From positions 180,151-244,150 of the forward strand of contig CAVZUR010000004.1 of the NCBI GenBank assembly GCA_963778555.1: a stretch of DNA of 64,000 nucleotides. Reading direction: 5' to 3'. The position numbers and the translations under genes are program-made. Origin of the DNA: Candidatus Moraniibacteriota bacterium. GTDB taxonomy: Bacteria; Patescibacteriota; Minisyncoccia; Moranbacterales; UBA1568. The notes under the pieces are model-generated. The model was not told the DNA's origin. It made no database searches and worked only from the letters and a program-made list of their open reading frames with translations. Below, piece by piece: positions 63,589 through 64,000 of this stretch (positions are counted from its first letter, which is position 1; every line of letters starts with the position of its first letter).

Positions 63589-64000
63589 TCAGAGGTCATT
63601 CCCCGAATACGAAAGATTGAGGCTTTTGTTAATCAGTGGGAAATCCGGCACCATATCGTTCGTTACCAGGTAGGGGAAAATCGACCAATTGAGAAACGAT
63701 GGGTCGCGAACTTTGACTCGTGCTATCGCCCCTTGCTCGTCCGTCACGATGAAATAGACAATATCGCCACGCCAACCTTCGGCAATGGCCACGGCGTGAG
63801 CGTGCGGCGTGAGACGATTGATCCCGATCGCAATCGGTCCCGCATTCGAGACGACATGATCGATTGCCTGATGGAGGATCTTGAACGCCTGATGCACTTC
63901 TCGCTCGCGGACCTGGTAACGGGCATAAACATCCCCGCCCAGCTCGGTCGGAACAGAAAAGTGCAGCATCTCGTATGCCGCGTACGGAAAATCCACTCGT
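63589..64000 (-). CDS. NuoD / [NiFe]-hydrogenase large-subunit family protein, C-terminal part (gene continues beyond window end)
   Basis: 'GDVYARYQVREREVHQAFKILHQAI' and 'EGWRGDIVYFIVTDEQGAIARVKVRDPSFLNW' match the NuoD/HycE C-terminal region. The terminal DPCxxC Ni-Fe ligands are absent ('NLSYSGNDL'). Confidence 0.6.
   Translation of the reverse strand, partial: RVDFPYAAYEMLHFSVPTELGGDVYARYQVREREVHQAFKILHQAIDHVVSNAGPIAIGINRLTPHAHAVAIAEGWRGDIVYFIVTDEQGAIARVKVRDPSFLNWSIFPYLVTNDMVPDFPLINKSLNLSYSGNDL

Overview
This window is a gene-dense, high-GC (~58-60%) bacterial chromosome segment, most likely from an uncultivated lineage. The gene content and surface-protein architecture resemble CPR/Patescibacteria; that placement is inference only.

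By position:

(i) 0.4-3 kb: a membrane-anchored metzincin, divergently transcribed from a tandem array of four small paralogous ORFs (five copies counting an internal duplication).

(ii) 3-16 kb: a cell-envelope glycan cluster. It holds a UDP-sugar epimerase, a SAM methyltransferase, three GT4 glycosyltransferases (two disrupted), a patatin, a membrane-anchored ClpB-like AAA+ protein, a GT-C-like polytopic membrane protein and two membrane partners.

(iii) 15-24 kb: housekeeping genes. These are ispH, an amino-acid-kinase family gene (UMP kinase-like), proS, an active HtrA plus an inactivated HtrA-like pseudoprotease, a parvulin PPIase, an FtsB-like gene and dus.

(iv) 24.5-30 kb: a complete Rrf2-sufCBDS-sufU-ferredoxin-sufT Fe-S cluster operon.

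(v) 30-34.6 kb: 2-oxoacid:ferredoxin oxidoreductase (korAB), then xseB and an HRDC-fused xseA.

(vi) 34.6-39.7 kb: a REP/RAYT element with four 21-nt palindromes, two of them in-frame inside the transposase gene. Next to it is a >4 kb gene for a giant surface protein built from ~1.38 kb tandem LamG-type repeats.

(vii) 39.6-56 kb: GIY-YIG, VanZ, an Avd-like four-helix-bundle 'IVS' protein, HAD, SpoU methyltransferase, a GH5-like hydrolase, an EamA transporter, two paralogous secreted Cys-domain proteins, a glutaredoxin-like protein, lgt, an AI-2E transporter, mutY and mnmA. These are followed by a soluble VirD4/TraD-like P-loop ATPase with its membrane partner and a sigma-70 region-4 DNA-binding protein.

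(viii) 56-64 kb: a GtrA-like gene, dnaX, tRNA-Gln(UUG), pyrB, a Cys-less alkyltransferase-like protein, a poly-acidic His-rich membrane protein, a ~640 bp region with no convincing ORF, HAD, csp, and a NuoD/[NiFe]-hydrogenase-large-subunit-like gene running off the window.

At least seven genes carry frame disruptions: two GT4s, the Clp-like gene, xseA, the LamG giant (twice), VanZ and mutY. This may reflect an indel-prone assembly rather than real gene decay. No CRISPR array and no rRNA were seen.
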